From NCBI GenBank assembly GCA_964016885.1, contig OZ024763.1:5456001-5520000 (forward strand): a stretch of DNA of 64,000 nt, read 5' to 3'. This stretch comes from Eledone cirrhosa. Its lineage: Eukaryota. The notes beneath the pieces were generated by a model, which was not told where the DNA came from, did not search any database, and saw nothing but the letters and a program-made list of their open reading frames with translations. Shown one piece after another: positions 1 to 11,351 of the stretch (its first letter is position 1; every line of letters begins with the position of its first letter). The translations under genes and the position numbers were made by a program.

Positions 1-430
1 ATATATATATATATCAGGAAAGAAGAGTGACACGGTTTGCTATACAAAAAAGGTTTTTAATCTCATTGGTGACAATTGTTTCTCTGAACTGGTAGGTCTA
101 GAGATCGCTACCTGCTGGACTACACTTAAGTGGACTACCTATAACAATAATTTGTTACCCCGTATATATATATATATATATATCATCATCATCATCATCA
201 TCATCATCAACATCATTTTACGTCCGCTTTTCCCTGCTTGCAAGGGTAGGACGGGTCTTATTCAGCACAGCATCTCTCCACTCGTCACAGTCCTTCGTCA
301 TCTCCACCGTGAGCTTCAATGATTTGAGGTCTGTTCTCACCACCTCCGCCCATGTTTATAGTTATATAATAAACAACATAAGGATATATATATATATATA
401 TATATATTTTTTAATCTTTATTTTTTCTAG

Positions 431-562
431 GCAATCGTTGTGAATTAAAAGTTGACATTTGCACCAACAACCCATGTCAAAATTCTGGCCTCTGCTCAGT
501 TACCGGTGCTGGTTATCGTTGTGACTGTCAACTTGGTTTCATTGGATTGAACTGTGAAAATG
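431..562 (+). CDS. HSPG2: Perlecan-like gene, EGF-domain exon (upstream exons outside window)
   Basis: ttctAG acceptor and GTaaat donor, phase 1-1; encodes GNRCELKVDICTNNPCQNSGLCSVTGAGYRCDCQLGFIGLNCEN, a 6-Cys EGF repeat. Confidence 0.85.
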
Positions 563-728
563 GTAAATATCATAATACTTTATCTCATCTCATCTCAAAG
601 TTTCTTCACTGATGTAGGTAGTGTGTGTGTGTCAGTGTGAGTACGTGTCTGTGTCTGTGTGTGTCTGTGTGAGGGTGTGTGTGTGTCTGTGTGTCAGTAT
701 GTGTGTGTATGTCAGTGTGTGTTTGTGT

Positions 729-820
729 GTCAGTTGAGGAGTTTCAGATTCCAGAGTCAGGTTCAATCATTAATAGATCGTTCCTCGAGCTGATCGACAG
801 TGAAACATATGTAATATGTA
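729..820 (+). ncRNA. Degenerate type I hammerhead ribozyme motif, extended helix II (Penelope-like remnant)
   Basis: TTGAGGA (734-740; C to T in core) ... GAGTCAGGTT ... CCTCGAGCTGATC ... GAAACATATGTA (802-813). Confidence 0.45.
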
Positions 821-890
821 ATTAAATATGTATATGATGCAACACTGATTATTTGTTCCCTTATATATTATTATTATTGTTATTATATAT

Positions 891-936
<46 letters not shown>

Positions 937-1390
937 TGGCTGCCAACTCGTTTTCGAGTACGGCCACTACTTTATATCCATGTAGGAGAACCCCTACCAA
1001 TGCGCTGAACGAGTGTGACATTTTAGTCCAGCCAGCGACATGAAAACTCTGGTACAAACACTACACTTGTGACAATTATTGACACATAGTGCTGGGCCCA
1101 TGGTACCATGTGACGACAAGTGCAGAGAGATCTCCAGATATAAAGCAATGCCTGTGCCATGAAGCTTTTATAGTGAGCAAAGGCACTGCACAAAGCCAGT
1201 CCCACTCTCTTAACCAAGATTTACCAAAAAGAAGAACAAGTCAACATCATTGGATACCATCAGGGCTGCAGGTGTTATATCAGAGTTTTCCTTCTCCTAG
1301 AATTCTGCCTTGACAAAGGCTAAGGGGTCATCTCTCTCTCTATATATATATACACATACATACATATTTTACCATTCTGTTTATTTTCAG

Positions 1391-1616
1391 CAATTCAGAT
1401 TGGCTCTGAGTTTGAACTAAGTGGCAATGGTTTTGCAATGTTTGCTCCTAATAGGCTTCCTCACCAAAACTCCATAAAGAAAGAGAATATCACTTTTACC
1501 ATTACAACCGCAGAATCAAAAGGTTTACTATTCTGGCAGGCATTGGACCAAGGACAGAGTCTCCAAAGAGATGATTATCTCTCAATTTATTTGAAGGATG
1601 GTTATGTTGTTTTCAG
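1391..1616 (+). CDS. HSPG2: Perlecan-like gene, first exon of terminal laminin-G domain
   Basis: tttcAG/GTtagt; IQIGSEFELSGNGFAMF...KGLLFWQALDQ...DDYLSIYLKDGYVVF resembles human perlecan LG3 GLLLWQG...DFISLGLQDGHLVF; frame joins previous exon. Confidence 0.85.
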
Positions 1617-1659
1617 GTTAGTGTATACCCCATAGCTATGCTGGAATATAAGCTTTCTA

Positions 1660-2345
1660 AAATAAAGTGTTGGGAGGACCCGTTTCAGTTATGTCAAAAA
1701 CATGACAACCTCTTTAGTGTCGGGGGATCTACATAAAATCACCCTGTACACACTGTAAAGGGGTTAGTGATAAGAAGGGCAGCCAGCTATTGAAAGCTTT
1801 CCAAACAAAGTGTAGATCTGCAGGAAAAATGCACCCTGTGCATGCTGTAAAGTGGTTGGTCTTAGGAAGGGCATCCAGCTGTAGAAAGCTTTCCAAATAG
1901 AGGACTGGGAGGGCCACTTTGTCATGTCAAGGACATGACAGCTTCCCTGGTCTACATGATAAACAGACTCAGTATATGCTGTAAAGTAGTTGGTGATAAG
2001 GGAGAACATCCAGCCATAGAAATCAGGCCAAACTGGGGGCTGGGAGGACCCTTTAGTTTGTATCAAAGACATGCCAACCTCTCCTGTGCACACGGTAGAA
2101 CGTGAGACCATATACAAGATGCAGATCCCTAGCCTGTCTAGGAGGTCAGCAGTCCCATTTCAATATTGATTTAGTCTATATGAACCTGTCCAACTCTTGC
2201 TAGCTGGGAGGACCCCTTCAGTTATGTCAAGGATATGACAGCTTCCCTAGTATTGGGGATCTACATGATAAACGCACCCAGTACATGCTGTAAAGTGGTT
2301 GGTGTTAGGGAAGGGCATCCAGCTATAGAAAGATTTCTAAACAAA
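1660..2345 (+). mobile_element. Cluster of degenerate RTE-LINE 3'-tail/SINE fragments in tandem
   Basis: Four copies of ctgtaaagtggttggtgttaggaagggcatccagctgtagaaa interleaved with tgggaggaccc...gttatgtcaa. Confidence 0.6.
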
Positions 2346-2404
2346 GGGTTTGGAGAAACCATTATTATTATTGTTTTTTATATATTATTATTATCTTTAT
2401 TATT

Positions 2405-2825
2405 TGGATTGGCAAAGTCGGTAGAGCATCGGAAATTATGCTTTGTAGCATAGAGTTACGCCCCTTCACGGTCTGAGTTCAAATCCCGCCGATGTTAACT
2501 TTGCCTTTCATCCTTACGGGGTCAATAAAATAAAGTACCAGTAATGCACTGGGGTAATTTGCTGGCCTTGTGCCAAAAGTAGAAACAATTATTATCTTTA
2601 TTATTTATAAACACATTGTTTATAAACACATAGGGCGGTGGATTGGCAGTATCGGTAGAGGGTCGGACGCCATGCTTTCCAGCATAGTTACGTCCCTTTA
2701 CGATCTGAGTTCAAATCCCGCCGAGGTTGACTTTGCCTTTCATCCTTACGGGGTCGATAAAATAAAGTACCAGTAATACACTGGGGTAATTTTCTGGCCT
2801 TGTGCCTAAATTAGAAACCATTATT
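2405..2825 (+). mobile_element. Tandem pair of tRNA-derived SINEs
   Basis: A box ttggcagtatcggtaga, B box gagttcaaatcc, core gcctttcatccttacggggtcgataaaataaagtaccag, tail gccttgtgcc...tagaaac(att)n. Confidence 0.85.
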
Positions 2826-2867
2826 ATCTTTATTATTTATAAACTCATTGTTTTCTTAATATTTCAG

Positions 2868-2951
2868 TTATGAATTAGGAAGTGGTCCAGCAGAAATTAT
2901 GTCTAACATCACAGTCAACGACAGCGTACCTCACACAATAGCGGCTTTCAG
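2868..2951 (+). CDS. HSPG2: Perlecan-like gene, LamG exon
   Basis: tttcAG/GTaagg, phase 2-2; SYELGSGPAEIMSNITVNDSVPHTIAAFR (perlecan YQLGSGEA...INDGEWH). Confidence 0.85.
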
Positions 2952-3554
2952 GTAAGGGGAGATAACACATTCATTGACGGTGAGGAGTGTGATAACATAT
3001 AATTGTAGAAAGTGAGAGAGAGAGAGAATAAGAAGAGTAGGTGGAAGAGATACCATATATTATACAAAAGGCAAACAGAAATTACAAAGCAAATAACACA
3101 GTATAATGAAGAAATAGATTAGTTTTATGCTGGATGCTTGATGTAGTAGAAAAAGATTCTTAAAGTTTCAGACGCTAGTCCGTCATCAAAAAATAAAATG
3201 AGAAATTAAAGAAGAAATAAAAAGATTGAGGAGACGGGCAGTGGCAGAAACGAACATTTTTTTTAGAGAAAAAAATAGTTCTGTTCATGTCGCCATCTCT
3301 TGGAAAATTGTTGATGGTGGCGTTTTGTATAATCTTGTTTTAAAAGGTGGTGATCATAGTGTGTTGATGAGATAATTACCTGTTTCGAAAAATAGATATT
3401 GGGGTTGATATGATCAACTAAATCACTTTATGGTGGTGCCCCTACATTGCCACAAATTACTGAAATCAGTAAAAGAAAAGAATGTGTATATCGCAGTAAT
3501 ACAGGGTACCCGACCTCCCATGGGTACATGCTGAAGCATATAAACAATATGCCC

Positions 3555-3792
3555 CCCCCCCCCCACCGCAAGGTGGTCGTGGAGCTGCCACGGCAAAAAA
3601 GCACCCAGCACTCACTGTAAATGAGGTTGGTGTTAGGAAGGGCATCCAGCTGTAGAAATCAAGCCAGATCAGTTCCTGTATGAGCAAGGCATGGTCAGCC
3701 GACCAGACACTGCCCACAACAGGACAACCCGTCTAACCCATGCTAGCGTGGAAGAACGGACGTAAAACGGTGATGATGATGATGATGATGAA
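3555..3792 (+). mobile_element. RTE-type 3' tail element ending in (GAT)n
   Basis: gttaggaagggcatccagctgtagaaa ... aacccatgctagcgtggaa...ggacgtaaaacgg(tga)n. Confidence 0.75.
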
Positions 3793-3800
3793 TCACATAC

Positions 3801-3847
<47 letters not shown>

Positions 3848-3892
3848 AAAGATAACAAGGATGATCGGTTACTCCTTCATTACATTTATTGG

Positions 3893-4062
3893 TTGATCAG
3901 CTCAAGGGTTGATCTGTATCGATCTAACCCGACTCTGTAATCCGCAGCTCGTCAGACCCTTTTGTGTCAACTCCAGTCTGAAGAACAGATCAATAATGGA
4001 GTCAGGTCCATAACTCCTATGGGCGACCTTGAGTCAATCCTCTGCGAAATACACATAACAGC
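3893..4062. ncRNA. Two divergent hammerhead-like motifs of the extended-helix-II family
   Basis: Minus: CTGACGA (3955-3949) GCTG...GAGTCGGGTT...AACCCTTGAGCTGATC with GAAAC lost. Plus: CTGAAGA (3978-3984)...GAGTCAGGT CCATA/TATGG ACCTTGAG...GAAAT ACAC ATA. Confidence 0.4.
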
Positions 4063-4219
4063 TCGAAACACAATGAAAATCTAAATACATGTAAACAAAA
4101 CTTCCTCATTTTTCTCTAATATATACACTCTGTGCATTGAGTGCTTGTTTTGATACCACCACCAATAATTCACTGAATCACCTACACTACATATATATAT
4201 ATATATATGTAGAGTATAT

Positions 4220-4634
4220 ATAATGTAAAGTTATGTTGGTCCCACAACATCCAGGCCGAAACAAATGAGATCGTGTAGGTGTCACGACAAAAAACACACA
4301 GTCCACGCTGTAAATGTGGCCGTGTAGGCAACACGGTAAAAACCTCCCAGCCCCACACTGTAAATGTGGTTGGTGTTAGGAAGGGCATCCAGCTGTAGAA
4401 AACCCGCCAGACAGTCCACGCTGTAATGTGGCCGTGTAGGCAACACGGTAAAAACCTCCCAGCCCCACACTGTAAATGTGGTTGGTGTTAGGAAGGGCAT
4501 CCAACTGTAGAAAACCCGCCAGACAGTCCTATGCGAGCAAGACAACCACTCTTGCCTCAAGTGGGAAAACCCCCGTCCAAACCCATGCAAGCGTGGAACA
4601 CGGACGCTAAACCTGATGATGATGATGATGATGA

Positions 4635-4668
<34 letters not shown>

Positions 4669-4830
4669 AATGTGGTTGGTGTTAGGAGGGGCATCCAGCT
4701 GTAGAAAACCCGCCAGACAGTCCTATGTGAGCAAGACAATCACTCTTGCCTCAAGTGGGAAAACCCCCGTCCAAACCCATGCAAGCGTGGAACACGGACG
4801 TTAAACGTTGATGATGATGATGATGATGAT
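4220..4830 (+). mobile_element. RTE 3'-UTR fragments with internal tandem duplications and (GAT)n tails
   Basis: Duplicated ~120-bp and ~190-bp blocks; same family as 23425-23760 and the 3' UTR of the RTE at 61455-62165. Confidence 0.75.
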
Positions 4831-5064
4831 ATATATATATATATATTAATCCTTATCAATTCCTTTTAATTGTAATACTCAACATTTGATAAGATGAATT
4901 TTACTGATACATTGAAACCAGTAATACTTTATATACTTTTTAAAACTCTTTTTTAAAAGAATTGTCTCTCTCATTTTTTCAATAATGTCACTTTGACGAA
5001 TCAAAGAAAGGGAAAAAAAGAAAAACAGACTCTTAAATATATTTTCAGTGCTATTTCCAACTTC

Positions 5065-5114
<50 letters not shown>

Positions 5115-5143
5115 ACTCTCGCTCTCTCTCTCTCTCTCTCTCG

Positions 5144-5229
<86 letters not shown>

Positions 5230-5231
<2 letters not shown>

Positions 5232-5655
5232 GTTATTCCGGGTTGAATCGGAGGTAACCACAGTAAGTAAGGTACTCAATACATTGCAGAGTATAAAAGT
5301 TTTAATATAGATGAGATTCTACAGGACTAGAACTGTTTCATTCTTTAGAAATCATCAGGAATCTGGGTATCAAAAAATAAATATGGTATTTATAGGTCTC
5401 TTCAGGTGGTAGGAGAGGGTAAGGAGTGGGATGGGTAGAGGTCATTGGTTGATAGAAAAGGGAATTCATTAAAATTAGCTTTTAATGAATTCCCTTTTCT
5501 ATCAACCAATGACCTCTACCCATCCCACTCCCTACCCTCTCCTAGCACCTGAAGAGACCTATAAATACCATATTTATTTTTTGATACCCAGATTCCTGAT
5601 GATTTCTAAAGAATGAAACAGTTCTAGTCCTGTAGAATCTCATCTATATTAAAAC

Positions 5656-5656
<1 letters not shown>
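5230..5656. mobile_element. Penelope-like element terminal remnant forming a 177-bp-arm inverted repeat
   Basis: 5298-5474 is the reverse complement of 5480-5656 (2 mismatches seen, loop TTAGC); each arm carries a hammerhead motif; flanked by (TA)n. Confidence 0.7.
5590..5640 (+). ncRNA. Type I hammerhead ribozyme (mirror copy at 5314-5364, minus)
   Basis: AGATTC-CTGATGA-tTTCtaaaGAAt-GAAACAG-ttctagtc-CTGTA-GAATCT: helix I AGATTC/GAATCT, helix III ACAG/CTGT, GUA cleavage triplet. Confidence 0.75.
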
Positions 5657-5695
<39 letters not shown>

Positions 5696-5787
5696 TGTAC
5701 ATATTGAAAGCAACTAATGTCACTAGAAATGCTACTAAACCTTAGAATCTCTGACAATAACTTGAGGACATTTATTTCTTTGTATAG

Positions 5788-5888
5788 AACCGGTAGATTT
5801 GGTAACCTGGTTGTTGATAAAGTTTCGTTCCGAGGACAGTCCAGTGGAGTTCTTCAAATGCTCAATGTTAAAGGACATATATACATGG
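5788..5888 (+). CDS. HSPG2: Perlecan-like gene, LamG exon
   Basis: tatAG/GTaagt; RTGRFGNLVVDKVSFRGQSSGVLQMLNVKGHIYMG; phases consistent with neighbours. Confidence 0.85.
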
Positions 5889-5967
5889 GTAAGTTTTTCT
5901 CTGTCTTGTTTTTTTTTAAAAAAACATTTTTCAATAATTACGTTATTAGCTGTTATTATATATCTGT

Positions 5968-6350
5968 TTTGGTTTGGCAGTATCGGTAGAGGGTCGGATG
6001 CCATGCTTTGATGCATAGAGTTTCGGCCCTTGCTATTCTGAGTTCAAATCCCGCCGAGGTTAACTTTGCCTTTCATCCTTACGGGGTCGATAAAATAAAG
6101 TACCAGTAATGTACGGGGTAATTTCTGGCCTTGTGCCAATAGTAGAAACAATTATATATCTGTTTTGGTTTGGCAGTATCGGTAGAGCGTCAGACACCAT
6201 GCTTTGCAGCATAGAGTTATGGCCCTTTGTGTTCTGAGTTCAAATTAGCCGAAGTTAACTTTGCCTTTCATCTTTACGGGGTCGATAAAATAAAGTACCA
6301 GTGATGCGCTGGGGTGATCGCTGGCCTTGTGCCAAAAGTAGAAACAATTA
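5968..6350 (+). mobile_element. Tandem pair of tRNA-derived SINEs
   Basis: Same family as 2405-2825; ttatatatctgtttt occurs before, between and after the copies. Confidence 0.85.
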
Positions 6351-6369
6351 TATATCTGTTTTACTATAT

Positions 6370-6695
6370 GAAGGTACATGCGTTTTTGGTTAAGGTATTC
6401 AGCTCACAATGATAAGGTTATCAGTTCGATTCCTAGCTGCGCATTGTGTCCTTGAGCAAGACACTTTATTTCACATTACTCCAGTCCACTCAGCTGGCAA
6501 AAATGACTTGTACCTGTAATTCGAAGGGCCAGCTTTGTCACAGTCGGTGATATGAGGAATCTCCCTAAGAACTACGTTAAAAGTATGTGTGTCTGTGGAA
6601 TGCTCAGCCACTTGCACGTTAATTTCATGAGCAGGCTGTTCCCTTGATCAGATCAGTTGGAACACTTGTCATCGTAACCGATGGAGTACCAGTAG
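6370..6695 (+). mobile_element. Second tRNA-derived SINE family
   Basis: tggttaagg...agttcgattcc head, then ttgtgtccttgagcaagacactttatttcaca...cactcagctgg; related minus copies near 20490-20685 and 23780-23900. Confidence 0.65.
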
Positions 6696-6969
6696 TATAT
6701 AAACATCAATCTCTCCTCTACTCAAATACCTGTCAGACCTTGTATTTCTGTCTTAGATTTAAAATTTAAAACAATTAGAAAAAATCATTACAGTACCCTA
6801 CCTGTTAGCTATGGTCATGAATCTTGAGTAATCACCAAAAGAATATGATTGTAAATACAAGCAGACAAAATAGGGTTTCTTCAAAGGTCTTTGGAGTAAC
6901 ATTACTCAAGAGAGTATTATGAATATTAATTAGTTATGACAATCTCATAAATATTAATTAGTTAGATAC

Positions 6970-7156
6970 GGGCGGGGAATTGGCAGTATCGGTAGAGGGT
7001 TGGACGCCATACTTTCTAGCATAGTTACGTCCCTTTACAGTCTGAGTTCAAATCCCGCCGAGGTTAACTTTGCCTTTCATCCTTACGGGGTCGATAAAAT
7101 AAAGTACCAGTAATGTACTGGGATAATTGCTGGCCTTGTGCCTAAACTAGAAACAA
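6970..7156 (+). mobile_element. Full-length tRNA-derived SINE with ~18-bp target-site duplication
   Basis: attaattagttagatacg on both sides. Confidence 0.85.
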
Positions 7157-7559
7157 TTAATTAGTTAGATACGATAATTTTTTTGAATATTCATTAGTTA
7201 GTTAGGATAATCTTATGAATATTCAATTAACCCTTTAGTATTTACATTACTCTATATTTACTATCATATTTTCATAGTAAAGGATTTATCTCACATAATA
7301 TCAAATCTATGAGATTTTGATATTATTTATTTTGAGAACAATACCTTAACATCAGTATGAATAGTCGGTTATGGCCAGTTTGAACAGAAAGAGGTGAGAG
7401 AATTCTGGCCGGATATGGCCGGTTTAGATGCTAAAGGGCTAAAGATCTGTAGTGTTGTTGATATTTGAAATAGATTTGTTTACAATTTTAAAAAAAAAAT
7501 GTTATTAATAAAACATATTTATTTGTAATATTGTTAATCGATTATTATTATTATTATTT

Positions 7560-7760
7560 AGGGCGGTGGATTGGCAGTATCGGTAGAGAGTCGGACACCA
7601 TGCTTTGATGCATAGAGTTACGGCCCTTGCCATTCTGAGTTCAAATCCCGCCAAGGTTAACTTTGCCTTTCATCCTTACGGGGTCGATAAAATAAAGTAC
7701 CAGTAATGTACTGGGTAAATTGCTGGCCTTGTGCCTAAAATAGAAACAATTATTATTATT
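7560..7760 (+). mobile_element. tRNA-derived SINE abutting the last perlecan acceptor
   Basis: gggcggtggattggcagtatcggtaga...tagaaacaattattatt. Confidence 0.85.
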
Positions 7761-7777
7761 ATTTTATTAATTTTCAG

Positions 7778-7953
7778 GTGGAGTTCCTGATCTTGCAGCA
7801 ATGACTGGTGGATTACATGATACCAACTTTTTCGGTTGTATGAAAAATATAGCAATAAACGAACAGGGTCCTTTGAAACTGTCTAAGGCAGCCATTGGTG
7901 GACTCAATATCAAACACTGTAGCAACTCCAGGGGTTACTGGACTTCTCTCTAA
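7778..7953 (+). CDS. HSPG2: Perlecan-like gene, terminal coding exon
   Basis: tttcAG acceptor; GGVPDLAAMTGGLHDTNFFGCMKN...GGLNIKHCSNSRGYWTSL* (perlecan GGAPDVATLTGG...GCVKN). Pikachurin/EGFLAM is the less similar alternative. Confidence 0.85.
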
Positions 7954-8938
7954 CCAAAAAAGACATAAAAAAACACACAAAACAGATCTAGAAATGCATC
8001 ATTTTATCTCTCCTGCTGGTAGTTGTTTCATCAACTCCATCTTAAAACCAAAATACTGTCACTCGAATGCGTAGTAATGTTATATATATATATACATATA
8101 TATACATATATATACATATATATATATAGTCGAAATTATTATTATTATTATTATTATTATTATACTATTGGAGAAGGGGGCAGAAAATAAAAGCAAAGAA
8201 AAAAAAAAAGAGCAGTGTTACTGCTACATTAACTGCGAACCTGACATCACTACCAACACCACCACCATTATTACTGGTCAACGTTGTTTCACTGGCTAAA
8301 AAGAAACAAAAAAATAAAAATATAATGATAATAATAATAATGATAATAATAACAATAATGAGATTCAAAATCAAAATTTAAAAACAAGAAAAAAAAAACA
8401 ACCATAACGAACAAATAATTAAATAAACATCATTCAACCCATTTTGTGCTAATTAAATTTGAAATTTAAATTTAAAAATTAAAAATTTCAATTGGGTTGC
8501 TTGGTTGTTTAAAATGAAACATAAAATTGAGCGGGAGGGAAGAAGAAGAAAAACAAACAAACATATGAACAAAAAAAATATATAAAACAAAACAAAACAA
8601 TACTCCAAAAAGTTTTACAACAACAATAACAACAAAAATAATGCATTTCTGAGAAATATTTAATTGAGAAAAATTTTTAACTAAAAAAAAAAAATTAAAA
8701 TTAAACAAAAAAAAAACTTTTTACAACAAATAGTGGAAACAAAAAGAAACATACATACAATTAAAAATTGAAATTAATTAATTAGAAAATGACACAGGTA
8801 TGGCAAGAAACAAAACAGGTAAGAGTATATATATATATATATATAACAAGAAATGAAGGTGCTGCAATATTTTTAAAATTAAATTTTTTTGAAAAAAAAA
8901 AGGTTTTTTATATATGTAAAATATATATATATATATAT

Positions 8939-9076
8939 ATAGGAAAAAGAATGACCCCGATGGCAGAGCTCAAGCCTTTTTGACAGCTATTTCTGGACTA
9001 AACAAATTTTTTTTTAGTCCAGAAATAGCTGTCGAAACGGCTTGAGCTCTGCCATCGGGGTCATTCTTTTTCCTAT
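8939..9076. repeat. Inverted repeat (~64-bp arms) from a probable Penelope-like terminus
   Basis: aggaaaaagaatgaccccgatggcagagctcaagcc...ctggactaaa / tttagtccag...ggggtcattctttttcct; right arm holds half-hammerhead GAAACGGC...GCCATC. Confidence 0.7.
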
Positions 9077-9153
9077 TACCCACTCTACTACCCTAACTAT
9101 TAAGTACTCTGGTGCGTTATTGTCCACCTGGTTCCTTACCACACTTCCTTCGT

Positions 9154-9184
<31 letters not shown>

Positions 9185-9434
9185 CTTATATACATTTATA
9201 CATATATATATATATATATATACATTTATATATATATTTATACATATATATCTATATATATTACTTATATATATATTGATACTAACCCCTTCTCCCCGAG
9301 AACAAAGCAAAGCTCAAGTGGGGTGGGGTGCGCTGAGGTGTGGTAAAGACGATGTAGGAAGGATGACAACATTGTAAACTGATGGGACAGATGAAGAGAT
9401 TATTATTATATTACTATTGTTGTCATTAATTTTT

Positions 9435-9475
<41 letters not shown>

Positions 9476-9578
9476 GAGAGTAACCACCTGGAAATTGCAT
9501 AAAAAAAGGATTCTATCACTGAAACAATATGCATGTGTGTATATATATATGTATACATACATGCACATGCACGCACAT

Positions 9579-9660
<82 letters not shown>

Positions 9661-9919
9661 TTATATATACATGCATATATATATGTATATATATATATAT
9701 ATATATAGATATATACATACATATATATATATATATATATACATACATGTATACAGACGTGTATGTGTGTGATATGTGATGTTATCTATATCCAGCACAA
9801 CAGTATTATAACTCGAGAATGTCCTTCATTGATATTAGCCACACCAAGTCCCCTTAGCTCTGATATCATTCAGCCCTGTCTCTGATACCATGTCATATCT
9901 CCTGCCTTCCCCTCTGATA

Positions 9920-11020
9920 GTCAGTCCTACATCTGGTGAGTAATGGTATGTCTCACATCTAGAGATCTGCCAGACCCTACATCTGGTGAGTTATGGTATG
10001 TCTCACATCTAGACATCTGCTTAGTCAGTCCTACATCTGGTGAGTAATGGTATGTCTCACATCTAGAGATCTGCCAGACCCTACATCTGGTGAGTTATGG
10101 TATGTCTCACATCTAGACATCTGCTTAGTCAGTTGTACATCTGGTGAGTAATGGTATGTCTCACATCTAGACATCTGCTTAGTCAGTTGTACATCTGGTG
10201 AGTAATGGTATGTCTCACATCTAGACATCTGCTTAGTCAGTTGTACATCTGGTGAGTAATGGTATGTCTCACATCTAGAGATCTGCCAGACCCTACATCT
10301 GGTGAGTTATGGTATGTCTCACATCTAGACATCTGCTTAGTCAGTTGTACATCTGGTGAGTAATGGTATGTCTCACATCTAGACATCTGCTTAGTCAGTT
10401 GTACATCTGGTGAGTAATGGTATGTCTCACATCTAGACATCTGCTTAGTCAGTTGTACATCTGGTGAGTAATGGTATGTCTCACATCTAGACATCTGCTT
10501 AGTCAGTTGTACATCTGGTGAGTAATGGTATGTTTCACATCTAGAGATCTGCCAGACCCTACATCTGGTGAGTTATGGTATGTCTCACATCTAGACATCT
10601 GCTTAGTCAGTTGTACATCTGGTGAGTTATAGTATGTCTCACATCTAGACATCTGCTTAGTCAATTGTACATCTGGTGAGTTATGGTATGTCTCACATCT
10701 AGACATCTGCCAGTTGGACATCTGGTGAGTTATGGTATGTCTCACATCTTGACATCTGCTTAGTCAGTTGTACATCTGGTGAGTTATGGTGTGTCTCACA
10801 TCTAGACATCTGCTTAGTCAGTTGTACATCTGGTGAGTTATGGTATGTCTCACATCTAGACATCTGCCAGTTGGACATCTGGTGAGTTATGGTATGTCTC
10901 ACATCTTGACATCTGCTTAGTCAGTTGTACATCTGGTGAGTTATGGTATGTCTCACATCTTGACATCTGCTTAGTCAGTTGTACATCTGGTGAGTTATGG
11001 TATGTCTCACATCTCACATC
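9920..11020. repeat. Minisatellite, 54-bp unit with 49/50-bp variants
   Basis: tacatctggtgagt(a/t)atggtatgtctcacatctagacatctgcttagtcagttg, about 20 copies. Confidence 0.95.
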
Positions 11021-11351
11021 TTGCCAGTTCTCTCCCACCACCGCCACCACACCTCTATCAACAAAATGTCTCATTGATATATATAAGCCAGTCACTGCCC
11101 CCCCCCCCCCCCCCCACGACCATCACACACTCCACCCCACACCCAGACCCCACCTCTCATACAAGAGTTATCTCACCTTACCCTTGGAAACTTTCTTAAA
11201 GAATTCAATTTCAATTTTTATTGTAATGTTTTTTTTTTATATTAGGAATGTAATTAAAAACAACAACAACAAGCAAAATACTCTGTTGTGTTTTCCTAAA
11301 TTATTTCTTGTAAAACCTAATAAATTAATAAATATGTTTTTTGCCCTTTCA

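Noticed and set aside
55-125. Hammerhead on minus strand (GAAAC-AATT-GTC)
   Set aside because: Palindromic helix III present but no CUGANGA core upstream; at most a relic
10031-11095. Repetitive MSRCETYH ORFs
   Set aside because: Product of the 54-bp minisatellite, with frame-breaking 49/50-bp units
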